This document shows, one piece after another, positions 8,397 to 18,900 of a stretch of 64,000 bases of DNA. The position numbers and the translations under genes are program-made. The stretch lies in assembly GCA_002703645.1 (NCBI GenBank), contig NZUX01000033.1, forward strand, positions 1,942-65,941. Reading direction: 5' to 3'. Below the pieces are notes generated by a model, which worked only from the letters and a program-made list of their open reading frames with translations, was not told the DNA's origin and did not search any database. The DNA is from Fidelibacterota bacterium (lineage in GTDB: Bacteria; Fidelibacterota; Marinisomatia; SCGC-AAA003-L08; D37C17). Positions within the stretch are counted from its first letter, which is position 1, and every line of letters begins with the position of its first letter.

Positions 8397-9830
8397 TTAA
8401 TTTTCTATTATTTTTTTAAGATAGGCTGTTATATTAGCAGGTTTATATTTTCCTTTTGCCTGCTTCATAATATTACCCATAAAAAAATTGACTAGCTTCT
8501 CTTCTCCAGATAATAAACGAGAATATTCACTTGGGAATTGATCTAATACACCTTTAATAAATGATTCCATATCATCATGATTTTCTTCTTTATCATAGCC
8601 CATATCTTTGAAAGCCTGTTTAGCGGTAACCCTAGTCTTAATCATAGATGAAAAAATTTCTTTTGCCTGTTTATGGTCTATTTTTCCTTCTACCTCAATA
8701 TCAACTAATTCTCTCAGATTGATAGGAGCAATTGGAAAAGAGTCGATACTACTAGATGTTTCTTTTAAATATTTCACTACTTCAATCGTTACCCAATTAT
8801 AATACTTGATACAATTTTTCAAATTATCAGACAACATTAATTCAAAGTATTTCAGAATATTTCTATTACTAATTAAAAAATCGATTTGTTCTGAATTTAA
8901 TTTATAAGATAAAAGCTCTTCCCTAATCTCATTTGGTAGCTTAGGAATACTCTTTTTAATCTCATCTATTAGATTATCACTAATTTTTAATGGTGGCAAG
9001 TCTGGCTCTGGGAAATATCTATAGTCATGAGCATCTTCTTTTGTTCTTATAGAATGAGTAACCATCTGCTTATCATCCCATAATAATGTTTCTTGATTAA
9101 TCCTTCCACCTGCATTTAAAATATTACGTTGAAAATCAAATTCATAATTAATTGCTTTCTCTACATTTCTAAATGAATTAATATTTTTAACCTCTCTTCT
9201 AATACCTAATTTTTTATCATCTTCTTTCATTACAGATATATTAAGATCAACCCTTAAATTTCCTTTTTCCATATCGCAATCTGAAGCATTTAAAGTCAAT
9301 ATAGTTTCTTTTAAATAATTTAAATAGGCTATAGCATCCGATGAAGATTCCATATCAGGCCCAGTAACAATTTCTAATAATGGTGCCCCCGCTCTATTAT
9401 AGTCAATTAAAGCATCTCCCTCAATGGTATGAATTGTTTTACCAGCATCTTCCTCAAGATGTGCTCGTACAATATTAATTTTTTTTCCATTTTCTATATT
9501 TACATACCCATGTTCACAAAGAGGATCTTCAAATTGTGATATCTGATAACCTTTAGGTAAATCTGGGTAAAAATAATGTTTTCTAGCAAACTTTGTGATT
9601 TGGTTAATCTTACAATTAAGAGATAATCCAATTAAAATTCCTTTTTTAACAGCTAATTGATTAATTGTAGGTAATGCTCCAGGATAACCCAAAGTCACAG
9701 GACATATTTGAGTATTTGGACTTTCTCCATAGCCCCAATCAGAAGTTGTAAACATTTTTGTTTTAGTATTAAGCTGAACATGAACTTCAAGTCCAATAAC
9801 CATTTTCCAAGTGTTATCTAAGGCAGTCAA
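8397..9830 (-). CDS. gatB: Asp-tRNA(Asn)/Glu-tRNA(Gln) amidotransferase subunit B
   Basis: IGLEVHVQLNT, RKHYFYPDLPKGYQISQ and a C-terminal YqeY-like tail. Confidence 0.95.
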   Translation of the reverse strand: MTALDNTWKMVIGLEVHVQLNTKTKMFTTSDWGYGESPNTQICPVTLGYPGALPTINQLAVKKGILIGLSLNCKINQITKFARKHYFYPDLPKGYQISQFEDPLCEHGYVNIENGKKINIVRAHLEEDAGKTIHTIEGDALIDYNRAGAPLLEIVTGPDMESSSDAIAYLNYLKETILTLNASDCDMEKGNLRVDLNISVMKEDDKKLGIRREVKNINSFRNVEKAINYEFDFQRNILNAGGRINQETLLWDDKQMVTHSIRTKEDAHDYRYFPEPDLPPLKISDNLIDEIKKSIPKLPNEIREELLSYKLNSEQIDFLISNRNILKYFELMLSDNLKNCIKYYNWVTIEVVKYLKETSSSIDSFPIAPINLRELVDIEVEGKIDHKQAKEIFSSMIKTRVTAKQAFKDMGYDKEENHDDMESFIKGVLDQFPSEYSRLLSGEEKLVNFFMGNIMKQAKGKYKPANITAYLKKIIEN

Positions 9831-10444
9831 ATCAACTCTCCTATATCACTTAGTATTTTTTCTAGTTTATCCTGATCTTTATAGATATTAAAATTATTAG
9901 TATCAATAGTAATTGTTTTTGTCCAATCAATACCTTCAATCCAATTATCATATAGCTTATTAAGCTGAGTAAGATATGCGGGATCTATCTTATTTTCATA
10001 ATCTCTATCTCGATTATTAATTCTATCAATCAGAATATTCAAATCAGCTTTTAAATAGACTATTAAATCAGGCTTTCTTATAAATTGAATCATATTTTCA
10101 AATAAATTTGAATAGGTCTCCCAATCTCTTTCATCCATGGACCCCATTTTATATAAATTTTTTGAAAAAATCTCAACATCCTCATATATTGTTCGATCTT
10201 GAACCATACCTTGGTCTATACTAGAAACCATATTATTAATTGAACCAAATCGATGATGTAAAAAATATATTTGAAGATTAAAAGACCATCTATGCATATC
10301 AGAATAAAAATCAGATAGATATGGATTATCAGTTACTGATTCATATATTTCAACTAAATTAAATTCTTTAGCAACAAATGAAGTAAACGTAGTCTTACCT
10401 ACACCAATATTACCAGCAATACCAATAAAAGGTTTCTTTTTCAT
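9827..10444 (-). CDS. deoxynucleoside kinase family protein
   Basis: P-loop GIAGNIGVGKTT, the ERSIYED-like motif DRTIYED, and a 205-aa length. Confidence 0.85.
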   Translation of the reverse strand: MKKKPFIGIAGNIGVGKTTFTSFVAKEFNLVEIYESVTDNPYLSDFYSDMHRWSFNLQIYFLHHRFGSINNMVSSIDQGMVQDRTIYEDVEIFSKNLYKMGSMDERDWETYSNLFENMIQFIRKPDLIVYLKADLNILIDRINNRDRDYENKIDPAYLTQLNKLYDNWIEGIDWTKTITIDTNNFNIYKDQDKLEKILSDIGELI

Positions 10445-11730
10445 TCTAAGCTCCCTACCATATGATCAAAGTACTGGACAGTAGGCTTTATATCAACCAA
10501 TTGATTGATATTAAGACTTTTATCCATGATTTTTACTTTAATATAATTTTCTGTATATCCTTGAACAATTTCATCATCCTTAGATTCTATTAAAACCTGA
10601 TGATTTTTATCCATATTATTAATAATAAATCTTGATTTTAAGATATCAGATAAAGCTCTTAATTTTTTGCTACGCTCATTTCTGATCTTCTGTGGAATTT
10701 TCGACTTCATAGTAGCTCCAACAGTATTTTCTCTCTCTGAATATGTAAAAACATGCAAGTAAGATACCTCAAGGCTATTAAGTAAATCATATGTTTTTTG
10801 AAAATCATTTTCTGTTTCTGACGGAAAGCCAGTAATAACATCCACACCTATTGAAATATTTGGAATTTTATTTTTTATTAGTTTGATTTTACGTTCATAA
10901 AACTCTCTAGTGTATCTTCTTTTCATTAACTTTAATATTTTATTAGATCCAGATTGCAATGGAATATGAAGATGAGGCATAATTTTTTTAGAGGTTGCTA
11001 ATAAATCAATAATTTTATTTGTTAATAGATTCGGTTCAATTGATGAAATGCGTATTCTTGGAATTTGAGAAATATTGTTTAGTTCATTTAATAAATCATA
11101 ACAAGTTTCATCTGTCCCAACCCCAAAATCTCCTAAATTAATTCCACTTAAAACTACTTCATTAAATCCTTTTGCCTTTAACTCTTCTATTATTATTAAT
11201 ATATCATCAATTTTTGCACTTCTACTTTTCCCTCTTGCCATAGGGATAGTACAAAAAGAGCAATTATAATCACATCCATCTTGAATTTTAATAAATGAAC
11301 GGACCCTATCTGCTAATGAATAAGAAGGAGTAAATTGATTAATATTTTTTATATCTGATACATAGTCATTTTTCTTTGTATTATCACTTATAATAATATC
11401 AGCTATATCCATCTTATTCTCAGTACCTACAACTAAATCTACATCTTTATTAGTAGATAATTCTTTGGGCTTGAGCTGAGCATAACATCCTGTAATAGCA
11501 ATAAATGAATTTGGATTTTTTCTCTTTAAAGATCTTACTATTCTATTACACTTCAAATTTGCATTTTCAGTAACAGAGCAAGTATTAATAACATATATAT
11601 CAGCAAATTGATCAAAAGGCACCAAGGATACTCCCTTAGCTTGGAAAGATTCTGAAATAGATGATGTTTCAGTAAAATTAACTTTACAGCCTAAAGTATG
11701 AAATGCTGCGGTTTTATATGGAGAGCTCAT
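10441..11730 (-). CDS. mtaB: tRNA (N6-threonylcarbamoyladenosine) methylthiotransferase MtaB
   Basis: FHTLGCKVNFTETSSI, radical-SAM CDYNCSFCTIP, and a TRAM-like C-terminus. Confidence 0.9.
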   Translation of the reverse strand: MSSPYKTAAFHTLGCKVNFTETSSISESFQAKGVSLVPFDQFADIYVINTCSVTENANLKCNRIVRSLKRKNPNSFIAITGCYAQLKPKELSTNKDVDLVVGTENKMDIADIIISDNTKKNDYVSDIKNINQFTPSYSLADRVRSFIKIQDGCDYNCSFCTIPMARGKSRSAKIDDILIIIEELKAKGFNEVVLSGINLGDFGVGTDETCYDLLNELNNISQIPRIRISSIEPNLLTNKIIDLLATSKKIMPHLHIPLQSGSNKILKLMKRRYTREFYERKIKLIKNKIPNISIGVDVITGFPSETENDFQKTYDLLNSLEVSYLHVFTYSERENTVGATMKSKIPQKIRNERSKKLRALSDILKSRFIINNMDKNHQVLIESKDDEIVQGYTENYIKVKIMDKSLNINQLVDIKPTVQYFDHMVGSLE

Positions 11731-11780
11731 TATTTTATAAATTTCATATTTATTTTATTCCCAAAAACATTGATAACTTA

Positions 11781-12218
11781 TTAATTATCTAAGTTTTTTT
11801 CCATTCTATAATGAATAATATTACCAAAAGATGAATCAGTCTCACAAATAGTGCTGTATCCATTTTTTCTATAAAATTCTATTGCATTTTCTCTTGAATT
11901 TAGAAAAACCATTTTAATTTTATTTATTAGTGCAATTTTCTCAAGCTCTAAAATCAACTTTGTTCCTAAACCTTTTTTTCTGTGAGAATTTTGAACTGCC
12001 ATATATCTTATCTGAGCATTTTGATTAATAAAATGGATTCTTCCAACAGCTACTAACTGACCTTTTCTATCTTTTATAGCTCTATGGATTGATACTCCTT
12101 CCATATCATCAATTTCAGATCCCTTTTTCGCTCCCCATGGAAACCTTAACAACCTCCATCTCAATATAAGATATTTATTAAATTCATCTTTACTCGTAGG
12201 TTCAAAGATAGTATACAT
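11781..12218 (-). CDS. GNAT family N-acetyltransferase
   Basis: Acetyl-CoA motif A: RYMAVQNSHRKKGLGTKLI. A FYRKNGY motif lies near the C-terminus. Confidence 0.8.
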   Translation of the reverse strand: MYTIFEPTSKDEFNKYLILRWRLLRFPWGAKKGSEIDDMEGVSIHRAIKDRKGQLVAVGRIHFINQNAQIRYMAVQNSHRKKGLGTKLILELEKIALINKIKMVFLNSRENAIEFYRKNGYSTICETDSSFGNIIHYRMEKNLDN

Positions 12219-13058
12219 TTAGTCTAAATATAAAGAAGGGTTATCTTTAGTCTTTGCATTGCACTCATTCCAATAATAACACCAATTACACAAATTACTC
12301 TCTTTTGGGTCAAAGCTACTTGTCTCTTCACAAGTTTTAATTTCACTTATATTTTTTATGATTTGATTCTTTAAATTCTTAGAATCAAACTCAGATGCCT
12401 TAATAGATACTTCCTTATTATTCATGGTATAAAATAGTGTAAGAGTAATATTATCTCTATTAATTTCAGGGAAGGTTGAATTAGCTGCAATAGAATAGAT
12501 TCCCATTTGTAAATTTTTTAACATTTTTTTTTCAGTAAGATTTTTCTTACCTGTTTTGTAATCAATAATTTTAATATTCCCTGAACCGTCATTATCAATA
12601 CGATCTATTATACTAATAAAATTAAAACCTTTAATTTGAAATTCAACTTTCTCTTCTAATCTAAATACATCCTGATTGAAATTAGGACCATATTTAGAGT
12701 AATAGTTAACTAAGGTTTTAATTCCTAATGTAAAATAGTCATTTTTTTTCTGCTTAATAAAATGAGATAGTTTTTTTGGATGTCTAAATTGGTAGAATCT
12801 AATTTTACTATGCCATCTTTCATCCCAATATTCTTTAAACTTATTTGTTATTTGGTCTAATGAAAAATAGGAAACCTTATTATCTAATTTTTGAATATAT
12901 ATCCACTCTAAACAACTATGAATTATTTTTCCCAAAAAAGCCTGAATACTCTCATCTTTTTTTCTTATTTGATCTATATATATAAATTTATACTTTAATG
13001 GGCAGGTATTAAATGAATCTAATTTTGAATAAGAATATTTTTCTATTTTCAAGGCCAA
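12219..13058 (-). CDS. PD-(D/E)XK nuclease superfamily protein with a Cas4/AddB-like Fe-S cysteine set
   Basis: N-terminal SKLDSFNTCPLKYKF, the IDRID...IIDYKTGK nuclease core, and a C-terminal CNWCYYWNEC. Confidence 0.7.
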   Translation of the reverse strand: MALKIEKYSYSKLDSFNTCPLKYKFIYIDQIRKKDESIQAFLGKIIHSCLEWIYIQKLDNKVSYFSLDQITNKFKEYWDERWHSKIRFYQFRHPKKLSHFIKQKKNDYFTLGIKTLVNYYSKYGPNFNQDVFRLEEKVEFQIKGFNFISIIDRIDNDGSGNIKIIDYKTGKKNLTEKKMLKNLQMGIYSIAANSTFPEINRDNITLTLFYTMNNKEVSIKASEFDSKNLKNQIIKNISEIKTCEETSSFDPKESNLCNWCYYWNECNAKTKDNPSLYLD

Positions 13059-13065
13059 AATCTAT

Positions 13066-14256
13066 TTAAATAGTTTTTCTAATAAGAATAAAATTTCCAA
13101 ATCCATTTTGATCAAGAAAAGTGAATTTTAACCCAGAGGGATATTCCCAAATCTCATAAACACCATTAGATTGATTTGAATATCTCTCAGCTGTTTCAGG
13201 AGGTCCATAAATAATATATACTCTTCCTCGATCAGACCTCCAACCTTTACTCATATCAAAAAATTTCAAATTTACAAACTTTACTCTATCAGAAAATTCC
13301 ATCAATAATTCATTTTCAGGAGTTTTAGGGTCAGGATCTCTATCTATCCAATAATTTTCAACAAACTTAAACTGATCAATTAGTTCCATTTTTTTTAATG
13401 CCTTAATATCTGATACTGGTAATATATATCTCATAACAGCAACAATTTCCGTAGAGTCATTAGTCCAAAAAATATTATTTTCATCTTCTAAGTATAAATA
13501 TTTCATTATTGAATAGTCTGAAGTTGACAAAGTTAAATCAAAATAATTATAATATTGATTTGGAATATCAAATTCAATAGAATAAAAACCATTTTGATCC
13601 ATAGATAGATTAGAGAATGTAGAAATATATTCTTGATTAGAATCATTCAGTTTTATTGATAAATCATTAATTTTTTTATCACTATTAAAATATTGAAAAG
13701 ATAATAAAATATTATTACTATCAATTTTTAATTCATTATTAATTTCTTTTACAACAGAAAACTCATTAGAACTATTTCTAATATATAAAGATAAATCTCC
13801 AAAACCATTTATTGCTGATAAATCAATCTTTTTATCTGATTTAAATATATTGCTATTATCTAAATCTTGGATATTGACTCTTATATGATATTCACCCTTT
13901 GGAAGGTTTATAAATTCTTTAAATGTTAAAAACTTAGTCGATGACCTTGTATCCTCATAATATCTTTGAACAATTTCATCTTTCCAAGAATCTTGGATGA
14001 CAATTGAGTCATTATTCATATCATAAATTTGGATAGTAGTAAGAATTGAAGCTTTAAAAACATTATCCTGTTTAACAAAAACAAAATGATTATTACTTAC
14101 CGAATGATTGATTGAAACCTCAAATATATCTTCTTTATAATTATATATCTGATTGGTAGATAAATTAATCAGCATATCACTATTCTTATTTCTATTTTTA
14201 TCTTTTGTAGAACAAGAGCAAAGCATTAATAATATAATAAATATTTTAATTAGCAT
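13066..14256 (-). CDS. GWxTD-domain lipoprotein
   Basis: C-terminal GWRSDRGRVYIIYGPP. The likely start is MLIKIFIILLMLCSC (lipobox) at 14256 rather than the track start at 14322. Confidence 0.75.
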   Translation of the reverse strand: MLIKIFIILLMLCSCSTKDKNRNKNSDMLINLSTNQIYNYKEDIFEVSINHSVSNNHFVFVKQDNVFKASILTTIQIYDMNNDSIVIQDSWKDEIVQRYYEDTRSSTKFLTFKEFINLPKGEYHIRVNIQDLDNSNIFKSDKKIDLSAINGFGDLSLYIRNSSNEFSVVKEINNELKIDSNNILLSFQYFNSDKKINDLSIKLNDSNQEYISTFSNLSMDQNGFYSIEFDIPNQYYNYFDLTLSTSDYSIMKYLYLEDENNIFWTNDSTEIVAVMRYILPVSDIKALKKMELIDQFKFVENYWIDRDPDPKTPENELLMEFSDRVKFVNLKFFDMSKGWRSDRGRVYIIYGPPETAERYSNQSNGVYEIWEYPSGLKFTFLDQNGFGNFILIRKTI

Positions 14257-15877
14257 GATATTTTTCCCAGTTAAATAGCGCGACACCCTTATTTGATATA
14301 AACCAAACCCAATCATTATCACAATCTATGTTAAATATTTCATTACCCTGTATACCATCATCTTGATCATAGTACCAAGATTCGCCATTATTCATATTTA
14401 TAAGCCGAGCCCTATCAACTAAATTAATCCAAATATAATTATTACATAATTCAAAATTTCTAATATTATTATCAAATACTAATTCTTTAAAATTATTTGA
14501 TGATAATTTCAATCTTGAGATTGTTCTATTTAAACAATATAATGACTCATTATCAATTTCTATTTGATAGCAGACTCTATCTGATACAAATAAATTATTA
14601 TTAAATGACAAATCTATTTTTTTAATTCCTCTATTTGTTGCCACAAATAAATTATTATCATACACTTCCATATCATAATTTTTTTGATTATTAAGATTGT
14701 AATCATTAGGAATAACTCTAAATGGATTAATATTTATTTCATTGATTCCATTTAAAGTCATAGCTAAAATCTTACCATCATGCTCAATTACTTCCCATAC
14801 AGCATCATCACCTAACCCATCAGAAGAATCTAATATATCCCATGAACTACGAAAATTTTTTAAATCTTTTTTTAATAATCCAAAAGATGTGGCAACAAAC
14901 AAGTGATTACCTAACCGTTTCACATCATTAACATCTGTACTCTTAATATTTATAGACTCATTTATATTAAATCTTTCCCAATCTCCATTATTTTCATCCC
15001 AAGAAATTAAAAAAACATCATCATCTCCATTGAAATAATTAAAAAACTGATTATCAAAATGTCCTGTACGTTTAAATTCACTATCAAAAAACCACCACTT
15101 TTTTTCTTTATCCAAGTAAGCATCAGATATAACACCTTTTTTCAATATGGGTTGTATTGGATCCAACTTCTTTGAATTTCCCCATGAGTAAAACAAAAAA
15201 CCTCTATCCGTACCAACCCAATTATTATTATCACTATCAGTATAAAATACTGTAGGAATTATCTGATTGCCATTCTTATCAAAAAAAACATTATAATCTA
15301 TATGATGATTATTAATATTATTAACTCTATATCCTATTGACCAATTAGAGTCTGGTATATAAAATTTAGATAAATCAATATTCTGCCCATCAAACCCATA
15401 CATTGAACTACCCCAAACAATATTATTTTTTTCATCAATAGCATCGTTAATATCTACAAATTTACCTGAAAATGGATTCAATGGCACAATATATTGATAA
15501 TTTCTAATCCATATAAAACCAGAAGAGCTTCCAATATCATCAATAATAGTTATGCCCTTACCTATCAAATCGGAATTTAATAAATGATGATAAGAAAAAG
15601 ATGATAAAGGCTTAAAGCTAACACCTTGATCATGAACAACCCATATATGATCAGTATTATCATCATAATAAATATGCTTAATAATATCTGATGGAAGTCC
15701 TCTCATAAGTTCAATGTCATAAACTAACTCACCTGTTATTTTATCGTACGTAAAAATTCCATTATTAGCACCAATAATAACATTATAATTATCATCAGTT
15801 ATTGCATGAATCTGACTGGGGTTCCTAAGAATATACCAATCACCTTCTTCATAAAAAAAGTTAGTGAAGGAATACAA
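14246..15877 (-). CDS. beta-propeller protein with Reg_prop-like repeats
   Basis: Recurrent blades: IWVVHDQGVSF, NWVGTDRGFLFY, LFVATSFGLLKK, LFVATNRGIKKID and WVWFISNKGVALF. The start codon is uncertain (TTG; see findings). Confidence 0.5.
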   Translation of the reverse strand: MYSFTNFFYEEGDWYILRNPSQIHAITDDNYNVIIGANNGIFTYDKITGELVYDIELMRGLPSDIIKHIYYDDNTDHIWVVHDQGVSFKPLSSFSYHHLLNSDLIGKGITIIDDIGSSSGFIWIRNYQYIVPLNPFSGKFVDINDAIDEKNNIVWGSSMYGFDGQNIDLSKFYIPDSNWSIGYRVNNINNHHIDYNVFFDKNGNQIIPTVFYTDSDNNNWVGTDRGFLFYSWGNSKKLDPIQPILKKGVISDAYLDKEKKWWFFDSEFKRTGHFDNQFFNYFNGDDDVFLISWDENNGDWERFNINESINIKSTDVNDVKRLGNHLFVATSFGLLKKDLKNFRSSWDILDSSDGLGDDAVWEVIEHDGKILAMTLNGINEININPFRVIPNDYNLNNQKNYDMEVYDNNLFVATNRGIKKIDLSFNNNLFVSDRVCYQIEIDNESLYCLNRTISRLKLSSNNFKELVFDNNIRNFELCNNYIWINLVDRARLINMNNGESWYYDQDDGIQGNEIFNIDCDNDWVWFISNKGVALFNWEKYHAN

Positions 15878-15935
15878 AGTATTTATAATAATTATAAAAA
15901 AAAATATTTCTTTTATTAAACATAAAATAAATTAA

Positions 15936-15970
15936 TAAAAAAAGGCCGTTATTAAACGGCCTTTTTTTTA
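15936..15970 (-). terminator. rho-independent terminator (potentially bidirectional)
   Basis: GGCCGTT-attaa-AACGGCC (15944-15961) is flanked by A8 and T8 runs. It lies directly downstream of the 1247-aa gene. Confidence 0.8.
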
Positions 15971-15992
15971 TTAGTCTTATTTAAAGAGTTAA

Positions 15993-18900
15993 TTACCTAA
16001 TAAGCGTTAAATGCTTTGTAAATGTTTGACTAGGTGTAACTAATTTATATAGATAAACACCAGAAGGGACTAACTCTCCACTCAGATTCATACCATTCCA
16101 TATAAACGAATAAACTCCAGGGCTATAAACCCCTTCAGTAACAACATCAACAACTCTACCATTTATATCGTATATAGTAAGTGATATCTCTGATATATTA
16201 GGGATAGAGAAAGATATTGTTGTTTCAGGATTAAATGGATTTGGATAATTCTGAGATAACTCAAAACTTACTGGAGATAGAATATCATTAGATAGTTCTT
16301 GACAATCCCCACAAGCACCTTCATCGCAATTAAACTCTACACAATTGAAATTAGGAAAAGCTTCATCACACCATGCATCACCTAAGAATGCATCAGAAAC
16401 ACAAGATAATGAACAATCAAAAATAAATCCTTCATCAGCTACTCCATCATCATTAATATCGCATGGATCTCCAATGTTTATTGGAACCTCTAATGCAACT
16501 ACATCTCCACTAGTTAACGCTGCAAACAACCCGAAGGCAGGATCGCTACCAGATAAAAATCCTGAAGCAAATACTACAGCCGAAGTACCACCTAAACCAG
16601 ATAAAGGAGCAATAAACTCAGCTATCACATCGCCACCAGTTGGAGCAATACCAATAGTATAATCTACAGCAGCAACTTCAACTTGAGTTGAAAACTCACC
16701 ATAGCTTAAATCTCCAAATAATAGACCACCATCAGCTAATACATCAACCGCTGGGGCATCTGTTGAACCATGATAAACATGAAGACCTGTATAATAATTA
16801 TTAGATGCTCCAAACGATGTTCCTGAAGCTGCTAAATCAAATGGGGTTGCAGCATCACCTAAAATACCTGTAGCAACAACTACATACTCACCACCAGCCA
16901 TTAACTCAAATGGGAATTCTGCAATAACATCACCATCTGCAGGCGCAATACCTACTGTGAAAGATGTTGATAGCTCTAATACTGGAGTTGCTGTACGATA
17001 TTCAAAGTTCTCAACAGCTAAAGCACCATCAAGATATATATCGACTACAGGAGAAGGTGAATTATGAATCACCTGAACATGCGCTACCTCTGGAGCTTCA
17101 CCCAAGTCTATATCAGTAACAACCGTCATTATATCACCAAAATCTCCACCCATATCTGTTGTTAGTTGAGTCATTTCATACTCAACTCCTTCACTTACAT
17201 CATAAACCTTAACAACAATAGGATTACCATCAACTGCTCCGTTTAAAATTGGACCACCAAAATCGCTTAAGTCTAAAGACATAATTGCTGTAACTTCAGT
17301 TACTACACCTTCATTGTTAGCCACACCATCCCAAACTGTTGAACCAACAAGTACCTCTCCATATTGAGGGTTTAGACCGGTCGAGTCTGTTTCAATAACA
17401 CCCATTAAATCAAATACACCAATTTCATCACCAACTTCTAATGTTGATATAGAATCCATTAAGATAATTAAGTGAGATTCTCCTGTATGGTTAATATCTA
17501 CAGAATAATAACATGTAGAGTTACCATCACAATCAAAACAATCCTCTGGATATACACAGTCACCAGGCTCACCGTAGTTACAAGCATCTACATCACTACA
17601 AGCAGCATCAAATTCAAAATCTTCCATTATATTGAATGTTAATGCAGCCCCATCAATATCAGAAAGAATTACATTTTCTAAGCCAAAGCTTCCGCTATCA
17701 CAGCCAAGCCAACCAGCTTCCAAAGAAACAAGCAACCCAGAACCTGCTGGAATTGTTGCTCCTGTCAATGAAAAACCTAGAACTGTAGTTCCACTTGTAC
17801 TAATCATAAAACCAGCATCGGCTGAAGAACCGCCTGTTCCACTTAAAACAGATACAGAGTCACATGAGGATGTGATATTAAATTGAAAGCCTGCAACATC
17901 AGTAATATTTTCCATCGAAACATCAATCATTCCCTCTGTTACATTACTAACTCCAATCATTGCATCAGCAGGGTATTGACAACAATCAGGACCACAATCA
18001 ACTAATGCCTCTGGATCATAGTTTAGCGCATTGGGATCCATACAGCCAGAACATGTAGAATTATCTCCACCGCACTCACCACATAAATCATCTACCAATG
18101 AACCACCACACGTACCAGCACAATCAATATCTACAGTACAATTTCCTTCACAATCAAAGTTTTCTTCTGGATATTCACATGATCCATCATCATTGTTTGC
18201 TTCTGGGTTATAATTACACGCATCTACATCAGTACAACCTTCTAAAACAGTAAAATCAAGAGTTACACACTCACCAACATTCCAAGCTATTCCAGCACCA
18301 AATGGATCTGAAAGAACAACGTCACTCATACATGATTCATCCCAAAGAGGAACAAAACTCACTTCAAGTAAAACTGCGTCACCTGGAGGTATCGTTGCAC
18401 CTGTTAATGAGAAACCTACTACAGTACCATTAGCTGCACTCACTAAAAAACCATTTTCTTCAGCGCTTCCACCTGCTACAGATAGAATCTCAACATTTGA
18501 TAATACAAATTGAAATCCAGCCACATCCATTGCATTGCTCATATTAACAGACATAATTCCAGTTTCATTGTTAACAGATAAGTCTAAAGAAACTGTACAT
18601 AGCGATCCATCACCCTCACATATACCACATTCATCTTCTACAGCATCACCACCACATACTCCAGCACAATCTTCTTCAGCTACACAATTTCCTTCACAAT
18701 CAAAATTTTCTTCTGGATATTCACATGAGCCATCATCATTATTCGCATTAGGGTCGTAGTTACATGCTTCCATATCCATACACCCATCTACAAGAACAAC
18801 TGGGAAGCCAACCTCAAGGGCTTCACCCTCTGAATCAGAAAAAATAAAATCAGACAAACAATCTTCAGTCACATTTCCAGTAAGTTCTACTAAGGTACCT

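Noticed and set aside
12219-13058. Calling the Fe-S PD-(D/E)XK nuclease a CRISPR-associated Cas4
   Set aside because: There is no CRISPR array or other cas gene anywhere in the window.
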